A program made the translations under genes and the position numbers. Below are positions 52,295-64,000 of a DNA stretch of 64,000 nucleotides, in pieces (position 1 is the stretch's first letter; the number at the start of each line of letters is the position of its first letter). Origin of the DNA: Callorhinchus milii (Eukaryota). A model generated the notes under the pieces. The model saw only the letters and a list, made by a program, of their open reading frames with translations. It was not told the origin of the DNA and made no database searches. The DNA lies in NCBI RefSeq assembly GCF_018977255.1, contig NW_024704742.1:107386001-107450000 (forward strand), read 5' to 3'.

Positions 52295-54009
52295 TGAGAT
52301 ATCATCGAATTAGGAGCTGCAAAATGGTGCTGTAAATGGAATATATGTTGGTTTGGGCAGATGCCAATATGTCTAGAAGCTGGATTTCAGATTTTGTCTG
52401 CACTTGCTGCTGACAAAATTTGTTGCTTGCTGCTTGACGGAACATAGCGGCTATGCTTCCTACCAAAACCAGATAAATGCACCCAATCACAATCTGCTGT
52501 CATAATCTTCTTCCCGTTTGCAAAAATTGCTGGAAGAGTAAGTATAAACAGAACAAATTAAGTGTGAAATAATGCAATAACTACACACATTTTCTGCACC
52601 AAGTAGTTCCGATTGCAGCAATACATTTTCCTCTTTCAAATTTACGATTGGCAATTGCTTTGCAGTCAGCAAAACAAATGTGATATAGATGGAAAAGAAA
52701 ACACATTGCTAAAATTAGACTGTAATATCCTCATCATTGTAATGATGGTAGTATTAGTACTAGTACTTACTGGGATATGAAATATTTTCTAACGCATTCC
52801 TAAACGAGTCAATGAAAATTGACATATTTACTTTACTGCTGAGAAATTATTGCTGCAGAGAAAGGTTAAAAATTATCAAAAGGATTTAAACGCTCTTCAC
52901 AATGTGCCTGGACTCATTATTAAGTAATTGCAGTACCAATAATTTGTAACATTTCCCACAACATATTTTTGGATGTAAAACAAGGATATGGATTTGAAAC
53001 ATTTAGATGGTAACAGGTTTTAGGGTTACTGTAAAAACAAAATTTAACTGCAAGCTATGATTTGATCAATCTAAAGAATCATTTTTTTAACATTGTTTCT
53101 GTAACTCTTAGACCACAAAGTTGTCTGCAAGCCGAAGACATTTTTCAAAATGTCATAGTTGTAGTGGTGTTCCAGCAAGACAGCTTCAGCTTTGACATTG
53201 CTTTTATAGCAAAAGTTATTCCATGAAGCCTATTAAAACTCCCACATTAAATAAATTAGACATAGAATTTTAAACTGACTGCCTCCCCAACAATTCAGTT
53301 GGCAAAGCCATTACCTAGAATGAATCCAAGCTGTACAGAGCTGAACAGTCCCAGAATCAATCCTTAGTTTTTGCTGAGTTAACTAATCTCAACAGTGGAG
53401 GTGCCCGTCACAATTGGCCTCATGGTTATTCAACCTGTTAGGTAGAAAGTGACCTACTTTTCACTTAAGTGGGAAATCCAGGACAAGGGAAATAACATTA
53501 CTGTTTATGGGTAAAATTAAAATCAGAAACATTCTTCAAATAAAAGGTTCTGTGGATATGGAATGAACTTCCCAGAACTGTAGATACCGAATCTATTAAG
53601 ATATTAAAAGTGAGTTGCAGAGATAAAGTACTTGAAGTATTAAAGGATAGAGAAAAGATAAACACATCAGGTTAGAAAGATAACAAGCTGCCTATAGACT
53701 AATGAAATAAAGCAGGATTAATAGGCCAAACAGCCTACTCTGTATTTTGGTTGCAGAATCCAATTCTCAAATCACTCAAAGTGAAGTTGGCTTTCTTCCT
53801 ACTCTGAAGTCCTTAAGGCATTCCTCACAAAACTAATAGCTTTACTAACTTATTTAATTTCCTCATCTTGCAAAAATTATAATTTTTGTCACTGTAAATC
53901 ATTCAAAGCAATGCAGCATCATTTACATTAAGCACTGATAGTGTTATCCTCAACGCATAATTTGATAAAAATATGGTCTAGAGCAGCACAAAACTAAAGA
54001 AGAAAAAAA

Positions 54010-54410
54010 TTACATTTATGTAGCGCCTTTCATATTGGGAGGATGTCCCAAGGGACTGGACAGTGAAGAGTTTGCACCCCAGCTGGGGCTTGGAGTCAAG
54101 AAGGGTAGAGGGCAAGGAGGTGGGAGGATGACCAAAGGCACAGGTCTTGAGACAGGCATTGAAAGAAGCAAAGGAGGGGGATAGATGGAGCGACTCCTAG
54201 ATGGCGTTCCAGAAGGTGGGAGCAGAAAGGTTGAAGGCCTGACCGCCAACGATGGGGAGGGCAGGACGGGGGACATGGCCAGTATCCACCAAGCGGAAAA
54301 GTTGGCAATGTTTTAGTAGGTCACAGAGGTGGAGCAAGACTGCAGAGGCCTTTAAAAGCGAGGACAAGAATCTTGAACTTGATCCTCTGTGGGATGGGGA
54401 GCAAGTTGAA
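54010..54410 (-). mobile_element. L2 3' portion
   Basis: IPQRIKFKILVLAFKGLCSLAP plus an L2 tail. Confidence 0.85.
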
Positions 54411-55172
54411 CCCAAAAAAATTCAAATTCCGATTGTCTATCAGTGCCACTGATGTATGATGCACAGGTGATTGATTGTTGGTGAGGACTGGATCAGAGTC
54501 AACACAGCAATAATTCTCAGTCTTCAAAATTGCAGATGCAGCACAGAAGGTCCCCAGGAAAGCCTGTCAGCAGCACAGTGTCATCTGCAAACAGATACAC
54601 CAAGTCCGTCCCACTCTATACCATCCAATACGTCATTGATCACTTCCTTCTGAAGGATTATGACACACTCTATTTAGATGACAGAATCAGAAGTCCTCTA
54701 TTCTAAAAGGATTTTCTCTCACTTTTCCAGATGCATAAGAATGATAGTCATTTCTGCACAGAGCTCTTTGGGCTAAGTTAGTATAACCTTCTGAGAACCA
54801 CCCCACCTTCAGAAATGAAACTGGCTTACGCAACATGTAATGACTGTATTCTGTAGGTGAACATTTACTTACTGAAGGCAGAACTTTTAAAAAAAGTTTT
54901 ACTTAAACGGGACATGTTCCACATCTTGCTTTACAATCTGCCATGCTAGTTGTTTCTATAGTAGTTGTTTCTATAGGATTTTATTCTTATAGTAGTCCGT
55001 AGCATGCTTACAGCAACATATACCCTCTGTAAGTCAGCAGTAGTCTTGAAACAGTGAAAAACTGTGAAATTTATAAAATAAATTAACAATAGTGTGAACT
55101 TGGTTCTGCCTTGAGTCGTTCAGATACTACCTCTCATACCATCTGCACTTTATCTCCACATGTTTTGTGAGC

Positions 55173-55480
55173 ATAATAATAATCTTTGCATTTGATATAG
55201 CGTTTTTCACGTCGGGAGGACGTCCCAAAGCGCTTCACAGAACACACTGTAAAGTGAATTGACTGTATATTTGTGGGCGAACGCAGCAGCCAATTGCGCA
55301 CAGCAATGTCCCACAAACAGTCGTAGATTGAAAATGACCAATTTATTATTGTTTTTGGAGGGATTATTATTAGGCATGTGGAGTAAGGAAACTTGCCCAA
55401 GATTTCGCCCTGCCGGGAATTGAACTCAGGTCTCTCGCTTGCAAAGCGAGTGCTCTAACCACTGAGCTACAGGACTCCAC
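55173..55480 (-). mobile_element. tRNA-derived SINE, short form, young
   Basis: Near-identical to 28944-29273. Confidence 0.93.
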
Positions 55481-56091
55481 AAATCTAGCAATTTTCTTTG
55501 CGTTGGAAAAAAACACTATCATGAACACTTTCCTGCCTACCACAGTAACATAATGAAAATGGAAAATTGTAAGTTCTTTATTTCACAATCCCTCAAAACC
55601 ACCAAATGCAAATCATTTTCTTTAATGTGAAACCATGTAGAAGTCTGGGTTACACATAATCAAACATAGCCATCAAATAAAAGACTTGTTTAGATTTTAT
55701 TTGAAGGAAGGCCTTGAACATGTCGGCAAGTAAGAGGTATGGAACATTTTAGTTTTGAAAATCAGCAACACGCACTCTTATGCTACATAAAGTACAGCCA
55801 GGTGACAAGTAGAACTCTTCTCCTTTATGTTGTGAAATCAGCACCAGTTTTAGTTTCCCCACATCACCCATTACAAGCATAGGGGGATCATGAACAATTA
55901 ATGGAATGCATAGAAAGAATTTACAAGTGTTACTATCAAGGCATGTTGCAACCTTTCGTAGTTTTAAAGTTTCAATAATAGGCGTTAACCAAACAAAATG
56001 TAGAATCTAATATCAGCTTCACAATTATAAAAAGATACTGCATTGGGGGTAAATGAAAACATTTACAAAAATGTTCACACAAAAAGCATTG

Positions 56092-56452
56092 TGAAGTCCT
56101 GTAACTCTAAAGTACTCGCTACGCAAGTGAGAAGACCTGGGTTTGTATTCCAGGCAGGACGAAATGTTGGGCAAGTTTCCTTAGCCCACACGCCTCTGTT
56201 CACCTAGGATTATGTAGGAACCCGGTAGTTAGTCGATTGACAGTTGCTTTTCCAGGGGTAATAATCCCTTTTTTTTAAAAAAAGTAGTCACTCAATCCAC
56301 GATTGTTTGTGGGACACTACTGTGCGCAATTGGCCGCCGCGTTTCACCCACAAATATAGTCAATCCCTTCTCGAGTATATTCTGTGAAGTGCTTTGAAAC
56401 GTCTCAAAGATGTGATAAGGCGTTATATCAAATGCAACGATTATTATTATTA
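56092..56452 (+). mobile_element. tRNA-derived SINE, long form
   Basis: Diverged head, extra internal segment, (ATT)n tail. Confidence 0.88.
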
Positions 56453-56554
56453 TAAATAAACCCTCATTGATTCTGAATACTCAGTCGATTTAAGACACAA
56501 AGGGACAACTTCTGCAACATGAATTCACAGCAACGGAGAATGGAACATCTATAT

Positions 56555-56961
56555 CAGTCAAACCTGTTCAACAACCATCTCCATTCAGCAACCACTCCTG
56601 TTAACAACATTCCTGGAACAGCCTGGAAAGATTTTGCATAATAACCCACCTCAATTCAGCAACCATCTATCTAACGCAAACAGTGGCCATTCTTTGCTAG
56701 TTCTTTTATACCCTGTGCCATGGTACCGGCACTTTTCAGAGGTCACACTTGCTGAGGAAACCATCAGGAAATAGCAAGCACCCACCATAAAATGGTGATA
56801 GATTTCTTCGGAAAACAGCGATAATTTGTGATTGTAATTTCATTATTCGTAATCTTTCATTTATTTATTAAAATCACCAACAAACCCTTACTCGGAGACC
56901 ACCCTTATATAAAGGCCCCTGTCCAGGTCCCCTGAGCAATTGTTGAAGACAGGTTTGACTG
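56555..56961. mobile_element. Tc1/mariner-pogo-type MITE (407 bp)
   Basis: Terminal inverted repeats CAGTCAAACCTGT / ACAGGTTTGACTG (13 bp perfect, about 20 bp with one indel). TA on the right flank, imperfect on the left; internal ATTCAGCAACCA repeats; no transposase ORF. Confidence 0.8.
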
Positions 56962-57090
56962 TAACTTTAATATAAATTTTGTCACAGATTGTATTCAGAG
57001 TAAAGCTCTCAAAGAGAAGTTTTACTGTATTTGTGTAAGATTTAAATTTTCCCATACCAGTCTTACGGCGTCTTTAAGTGAGATTGCCGA

Positions 57091-57630
57091 TACATTAGAA
57101 TACATTAGAATATACAGCACAGAAACAGGCCATTCGGCCCAACTTGTCTAATCCGGTCTTTATTTCTACATGAGCCTCTTCCTGCCCTTCCTCAAGTAAG
57201 CCTTCAAGCATAAACTTCTATTCCTTTCTCCCTCATGTACCTATCAAACTTTCCCTTAAATACATGCTATTTACCTCAACAACTCCTTGTGGTAGCATGT
57301 TCCACATTCCCACTACTCTCTGTGTGAAGAAATTTCTTCTAACTTCCCTATTTGATCTATCTGTGACTATCTTATATTGATGGCTCCTGGTTTTGGTCCC
57401 CCCCAGAAGTAGAAACATCTTCCCTATGTCTCCCCTGTCAAAATCTTTCATCATTTTGCATAATAAGCCACCTCTATTCAGCAACAATCTATCTAATGCA
57501 AACAGTGGCCATTCTATCAGGTCACCCCTTATCCTCCTCTTTTTTCAAGAGAAAGGAGTCCAAGTATGTTCAGCCTTTCCTGATAGGTATAACCTCTCAG
57601 TTCTGGAATCATCCTTGTGAATCTCCTTTG
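57091..57630 (-). mobile_element. CR1 3' end with a 10-mer tail repeat
   Basis: RRFTRMIPELR, RRNFFTQRVV; plus strand shows TACATTAGAA twice. Confidence 0.88.
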
Positions 57631-58292
57631 CGATAAAATGCTAATCAATGCAACTAGTACAATCCATATCCATGATGTAACATATTGGTATATAGCCCAT
57701 TCTATTGCTATTGGATCATTGTAAGTTATCTTAAATACATAATAAAACAAAGTTTGAAATAATTATAGGCAACCATAGAACATTTATTTACTCATAATAT
57801 TCTCTGATGCATCAATGGAGAAAGTTGAACTCATTGAAAAACGGCAATCTCCCTGCTGATATTTGTGTTTTGTGAGTCTAATGTGGGTGAATCATATGTC
57901 ACTAGGCATACCCTCACTTCATATTCTACTGAACAGATTTTTATATTTTATAGGAAGTTTTTGCATTTTCATACATTGATGTTTTTTCCTCATGCTTCAG
58001 AGGGATGCTGAAATAAAATCAAAGGGAAACCTATAAAGTCTGCAGGTTTCCTTTGTCCAGGGACTCAAGATAACTGGATTCTTCCAGTTGTGATAATCAT
58101 TACAAATTCATTCAGAAAATTCAAACTACAACATAGGAAGAGTAGAACAGTTTCACAGCACGTTAGAAATGCAATGCACTGCGTCATAGAGTTCAGTAAT
58201 AGTCAGGTTTGCATCCACAATTCTCCATATGGTTAATTTTCTCTGTTGTGCTATTGCAGGAAAAGTTTCAAAGGACACATTGAGCAATCATC

Positions 58293-58525
58293 AACAACAA
58301 CAACAACAAGATTCCATTTATAGAGCACCTTTCACGTCGGGAGGACGTCCCAAGGCACTGTACAGTTGGGTCAGGACCCGAGCAGGGGGGAAATGGTCAG
58401 GGTGAGGGGAGGGAAGGGGGTAGAGAGTCGAGAGGGGAGCTGGAGGCTCGGTCAAAGAGAAAGGTCTTGAGACCGGCCTTGAAGGAGAAAAGGGAGGAGG
58501 CGGCGAAGGCACTGGGGATAGAGTT
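58293..58525 (-). mobile_element. Young L2 3' end
   Basis: Same subfamily as 2183-2463 and 15204-15438. Confidence 0.88.
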
Positions 58526-58778
58526 CAATCAGTTATTGAATAACATAGAAAAAGACTTCATGAGAAGATCATCAAAGGGAGAAATAGTTTTAAAGTTTCT
58601 AGCGGTGAAGTATGGGTCATTTCGCAATAATTAGCATCACTCAGACAGACAATCATATGTAAACTGTACTTCCTCCAGAACAAAGTAATATGAACAGAAT
58701 ACTCTGTGAAGCGCTTTGAGACGTCCAGAAGACATGGAAAGCGCTATATTAAATGCAAGGATTATTAATATTTTTCAT

Positions 58779-61318
58779 CAACAACAACTTGCATTTATAT
58801 AGCTCCCTGCATGCAGGGCAGTATCTCAAAGCGCTTAACAGTGGTGGAGCCTGACTCTGAGCCGGGGTGGGGGGGTGCCCGTAAGCATGGTGGAAAAGGA
58901 AGAATTTCAGGCGGGACTTGAAAAAGGGGAATGGGGGGCAAGGCAGAGGAATTGCGGGAAAGTGTTCCGGAGTTTTAGGGCGTAGTGGCTGACAGCGCGA
59001 TCTCCAATGGTGGAGCAGGGGGGGTGTGAGGGTCAAGCAGGAGGCCGGTGCCAGTCAAGCGGAGGCAGGTGGTAGATTGGGGAGTGAGGAAGTCAGAGAG
59101 GAAGGGAGGTGACAGGGAGTGAAGGGATTTAAACACGAGTGTGTGGACCTTGAAGTTGATCCATTCGGTGATGGGGAGCCAGTGGAGCCTGGTCAGAACT
59201 GGTGAGATAGGGTCAGTATGCAGCCAGCAGAGTTCTGAATAGTGGAGCTGGGGAGACCAGCAAGGAGTGCGTTTTGAGTAATCTCGGCGTGAGGTGACAA
59301 ATGCATGCACAAGGGTTTCGGCTGCATTTGGGGTAAGGTACAGTTGGAGGTGGGCAATGTGGCAGGGATGGAGGAAGGCGGTCTGTTCAGGGACAGGATA
59401 TGGGGAACGAAGGACAACTGGGAGTCGAACTGGATGCCTAGACTGCACACTAATTCAGTGAGTCTGAGGGAGAGCCCAGGGAGGTTAAGGGGATCAGATT
59501 GGCAGGAGTGAAGACGTTGACAGGAGCCAAGGAGTATGGTTGTCCACATTCAGCTGTAGGAAGTTTGCACTCATCCAGGCCATGATGTCTGGCAGACAAG
59601 CAGATAGAACATTGACGGTCCTAGAGTCGATACTGGAGGAGGCAAAATAGATTTGTGTGTCATCCGCATACATGTGGAAATTTAACTCGTGCGCGGATGA
59701 CATCACCCAGTGGGAGCATATAGATAAGGAAAAGAAGAGGGCCAAGGATGGAGCACTGGGGTACCCTGCAGGGACCAGGCGGGGGCGGGAGGAGAAATCA
59801 TTTCCCAAGATGAAGTGGAGGCATTTGGTTAAGTAGGACTCGAACCATGCGAGTACGGTCCCACTAAGCTGGATGAGGGAGGAGAGGCGGTGGAGGAGAA
59901 TGTCGTGGTCTATTGTATCGAATGCGGCAGAGAAATCCAGGAGGACAAGGAGGCAGAGGAAGCCCTGGTCACAAAGAGAGGATGTTGTTTGTGACTTTGA
60001 CAAGCGTCGTCTCTGTGCTGTGGGCAGGATGAAAACTAGGCTGCTGGGGCTCAAGGAGGGAGTGAAGAGAGAGGTATGACCAAAGTTGACCTGCAACAGT
60101 GCATTCCAGGACTTTGGCAAGGAAGGGCAGGTTGGAAATGGGACAATAGTGTGAGGGATTAGAGGGATCGAGGGTGGGTTTTTTGAGGAGGTGTGTGATA
60201 ACAGGAGGGTGGAACAGAGCCTGAGGAGAGAGAACTGTGTCGGCCAGCAGGTGGAAGAGGGGGAGTTGACTGACCAGCAGCTGGGTGGGGAGGGGGTCGA
60301 GTCAACAAATGGTGAATTTATGCGGGTGACTGCGGTTGAGATGGAGGAGGGAGAAATGGGGGCAAAGGATTGTAAGGAGGGGGGAGTGGGAGGAGCCCTG
60401 GCAGAGGGAGAAGGCCGTGTGGATGGTCTGGGTATGGTGGAAGGGGACATGGGGAGGTGGGAGGGGGGGAGGGGGGGCAGGATGATGCAGCCAAGCGGAT
60501 GTTTTCAATCTTTGAGGTGAAGAAGTCTAGTACCTCTTCGCACTTGGGAGTTTGATGTGACGATAGAGGGAGCTTGATGGGGTGCACGAAGGAGGTGATG
60601 GAAATTGGTATCTTTGGGTTGTTTTTGGCCGCCAGGATGATTTTGAAGGAAAATGTCAGTTTTGGCTTGTGAAAGGGCGAGCGGTAGGAGCAGAGGTGCT
60701 CCAGCCACAGATGGCGATGAATCGTGAAGCTGGATTTCTGCCATCTACGCTCGAGCATCCGGGTTTGGGTTTCAAGTGAGTAGAGATGACTATTGCACCA
60801 GGGGGAGCGGGTGGATTTGGAAACGGCCCTGGATTTCAAGGGAGTCAGGGAATTAAAGGTTGTGGAGAGATGGTCATTCAGCAACCTGATGGCTGCATCA
60901 GGATCACTGCAGGTGGAGGGCCAGAGGAAGAGGAGGTCCGAAGAAGAGAAGGCATTTGTGAGGGACTCAGGGGGAAGCTTTTTCCAGGGGCGGAAAAAGA
61001 TGGTGGTGGGATGGTGGGATTGAAAGAGCGGAGGGGAATGAGGGAGGAGAGGGAGATGAGGAAGTTGTCCAAGATGGCCCTGTCCGTGATGAACAAGATC
61101 AGAAATGTCAAGGCCATGTGTGATGACGAGGTCGAGTGGGTGGCCAGGGTCGTGGATAGTTGATGTGTGGGTGAGGTTTAGGGAAGAGAGGAGGCAGTGA
61201 AAATTGATGAAAATGGAGGCCAAAAGGTGGTGCAAGGGGAGTTAAGTTGGAGGTTGAAATCACGCTGGTGATGATGAGCTGGTGTTCAGTGCAGCGGGAC
61301 AGGGATGAGAGGTGGGCG
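58779..61318 (-). mobile_element. L2 LINE, ~2.5 kb ORF2 pseudogene (APE end + RT + tail)
   Basis: GHPLDLVIT, SPW, LLDFSAAFDTIDH, HMYADDTQIY, LHWLP; (CAA)n tail on the plus strand. Confidence 0.95.
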
Positions 61319-61339
61319 AAAACTTATTTGCTGAGTTTG

Positions 61340-63050
61340 TATATTTCCTCCTAGTAGTCTACACAAGCAAAACAAACTATAATATTACAGGCATTACGGA
61401 GACTCGATTAAACAATAACATGTTGTAGACTGTGTAGAGGAAATCAATTCACAAGTATACAGACAGCACTGCAAGGAATAGAAAGGCTTAACAAGGAAAG
61501 TGTGAGATTATTATGCGAATATGGATCAGGTGTAGATCATATGACATGAGGTAAGCATTATTAAGGGGAAGAACTAATTTTCAGGATTGATTATGGGTCA
61601 CTAATTCAAGAGGAGGCTTTAGGCTCAAACTTCATTTTCATGTGAGAGACCAAACTGTTCATGATAATTACAAATCTACGGGGATGAGTAAAAATGAGCA
61701 AAAAAGTGATTATGCATGAAGCGGCATGAAACATAAGGAGGTTAAAAAAAAGCAGTAATATATCTATTGTTGAACCGGGCTATGACAGAACAGATTACAG
61801 TGAGTGACTTTAGTATGCCCAAGTTTAAAGTTGGACTAATGATAGATAATGACAGCAACTGAATATACTGATACATGTGAAATTATCATAGGAGTACACA
61901 TGGTTTAGTGTACACTGTATCACGTAAAGTCCTAAAGTTCTGTAACAGAGGATCCATGAATGCCATTTACATGGATCTTCAGAAGGCATTTGATAAGATG
62001 CCATATAAGAGTTTACCAGTTAAAATGAAGGTACGCGGACTCTAGACCCAATCTCACGACAAAGATAGGAAGTTGGTTGGAAAGGAAACAGTTTGGATAA
62101 TAGTGATGTTCTATGATTGACAGTCATGGAAGGCAGTGACAAGTAATGACCCCAGGCATTGGTGCAGGTACAACAGCTTTTCAAGCTATATATAAATGAC
62201 CTAGATATTAGAACAGAGAAGTATACCCAAGTGTGCTGAGGACTAAGCTAAGAAGAATAGTAAATTGTGAAGAAAGGAGAAATTTTCACAGATTTAGGGA
62301 ATAAGTGTCACAATCAGAGATTTAGTTCAATGTAGCAAAGTGAAAATGGTAAACAGGAATACATTGTAAATCAGGAAATACTGGGGTAGGCAGGAGTTAC
62401 TTAAATAGTTAAATGATATTGGGCTTCACAACCAGGAATGTAAAAGGCAATGCTACTTCAGTTGTTGCAGGTCAGACTTCAATTGAGTATTAACATTCAG
62501 TTTTGAGTGTCCAACCTTCAGAAAAATACACCAGCTTTGGAGGGCAATCTCTAACAATTCACAATAATAACTGAAATGAAAGGCATTAGTTATGATGAGA
62601 AGCTGGGTAACCTTGAGTTACATTCCCTAGAGCTAAGCAATGTTAAGAGGTGATCTGATTGAGATGTTTAAAATAATGAGGTGAAGAGAGGTAAAGGGAG
62701 AATGTGAGAGAGGACAGAGAGGAAGGAGAGGTGAGGGAAAGCAAAAAAAAGAGAAAACAAAGAGGAGATAGTAATCCTTGCATTTGATATAGTGCCTTAT
62801 CACATCTTCGAGACGTCTCAAAAAACTTCACAGAATATACTGTAAAGTGTATTGACTGTATATTTTATGGACGATAGAGGAGAGAGACAAAAAAGGGGAG
62901 AATAAAGGAGGGAAATAAACAAAGCGGGAGGTTAGAATACACAGATTTATTAGGATGTGGAACATTTTACAGGAAGTGTCTATCATTGCTATGCTAATTA
63001 TAATATTCAAGCAAAGATATGAAGAAGATTCAAAAGCAGATAGGAAAGAT
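61340..63050 (+). mobile_element. Heavily decayed CR1 remnants
   Basis: GITET near 61390, IYMDLQKAFDKMPY near 61970, YINDL, and RGDLIEMFK near 62650. Confidence 0.7.
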
Positions 63051-63055
63051 GGGTT

Positions 63056-63400
63056 ATAATAATAATCCTTGCATTTGATTCAACGCTTTTCACATTAGTC
63101 TCAAAATGCTTCACAGGATTTACTGTAAATTAAGAATGACTGTATATTTGTAGGCAAACACAGAAGGCCATTTGTGCACAGCAAAGTTCCACAAACGGAC
63201 ATGAAGTGAATGACTTAATTTCATATGAGGTGGGGATTGTTAACCAGGACACCAGGAGAAACTCCCTTCTCCTTTTGAATAGTGCCATGGGATCTTTAAT
63301 ATCGTGCAGGTGGACTTATCTAGTCCAAGCTGACACTTCAATGCAGCACACCCCCAGCACTGCATTGAAGTGTCAGCTTGGAGTAGATAAGTTTCATTGT
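63056..63400 (-). mobile_element. SacSINE1-like DeuSINE with an internal inversion
   Basis: (ATT)n tail and Deu core ATTAAAGATCCCATGGCACTATTC on the minus strand; hairpin at 63314-63392. Confidence 0.75.
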
Positions 63401-63459
63401 CTGATGCACAGATTGCGCACAGGCTCAATGAGTCTGAGAGATGTACAAGTTGGAAGACA

Positions 63460-63715
63460 CTGACAGAAGCCAAAGAGGATGGCTTCAGTCTTGTTCATAT
63501 TCAACTGCAGAAAGTTGGCACTCATTCAGGCATTGATGTTTGCATGAATGCAAGTTGATTTTTGTCTTGAAATGGACCTTGAACAAGATGAGGGAAGGAA
63601 CAAATCAGAGGTATTCCAGGATAGAGTTCCAGAGAATGGGAGCAGAAAGTCTGCTGAGGATGGGGTTGGGGGAAATGAAGCAGGCTGGTAACACACTAGT
63701 ATTGGGTAAGGTAGT
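63460..63715 (-). mobile_element. L2 fragments
   Basis: MSANFLQLNMNKTEAILFG and a 3'-region piece. Confidence 0.7.
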
Positions 63716-64000
63716 GGCCAGTGAAGCAAGTGTGCACATTGCCAGTGCTAGTGATGCCCATGCTCTTGGTACCCCATGGCTTGTGGCTACTTCCCTGTGA
63801 CAGACGTACCATTGCCAGATTTGCAGCGCAAGTCACCAGTAGGATCAGTGCCAGGTTTGCCAGTATCATCAGCACCGGTACCACCAGAGCCAGCATTGCC
63901 AGCACCAGGCGTGCCAGTGCCAATGCCAGTATTGCCCGTGTTATCAGTGCCAATGCCATCAGTTCCAACATGGCTGATGTTATCGGCACCGGGTTGGCCA
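63715..64000. repeat. Degenerate (GCCAGY)-periodic low-complexity tract, cut by the window edge
   Basis: Recurrent GCCAGT/GCCAGC/GCCAAT units. Confidence 0.7.

Noticed and set aside
63696..63989. Hydrophobic Leu/Ala ORF as the FAM174A transmembrane exon
   Set aside because: It is one reading of a GCCAGY-periodic tract and does not resemble the FAM174A TM segment.
1..64000. CRISPR arrays, prokaryotic defence systems, rRNA genes or an intact hammerhead ribozyme
   Set aside because: The DNA is eukaryotic and intron/TE-rich. I saw no regularly spaced repeats or rRNA-like sequence, and the CTGANGA hits I checked lack a stem II plus GAAA.

Overview
This is vertebrate nuclear DNA, most likely from a cartilaginous fish. 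The repeat families and three isolated N's in homopolymer runs fit the elephant shark Callorhinchus milii, but that is inference. By my rough tally 40-50% of the window is decayed retroelement: CR1 and L2 LINEs, one RTE remnant, a young tRNA-Ala-derived SINE in long and short forms, and an older SacSINE1-like DeuSINE. There is also at least one Tc1/mariner-pogo-type MITE. The only host gene I can support is the 3' end of FAM174A (TMEM157) on the minus strand. It has a 135-nt coding exon at 51572-51706 and a terminal exon contributing 4 coding nt (A-TAG, 44037-44040), followed by a ~1.1 kb 3' UTR ending at three clustered AATAAA signals. The first exon is not visible and presumably lies beyond base 64000. 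Most ORFs in the supplied track are TE fragments, antisense TE frames or chance ORFs. I found no convincing new biological system. The best oddities are three short local templated duplications, a near-perfect 33-bp hairpin built from a SINE, a CR1 with three nested insertions, a CpG-rich promoter-like segment near 34.8 kb, and decayed hammerhead-like Penelope termini. TE boundaries are approximate (about 10-30 bp), and family names come from recall, not a search.
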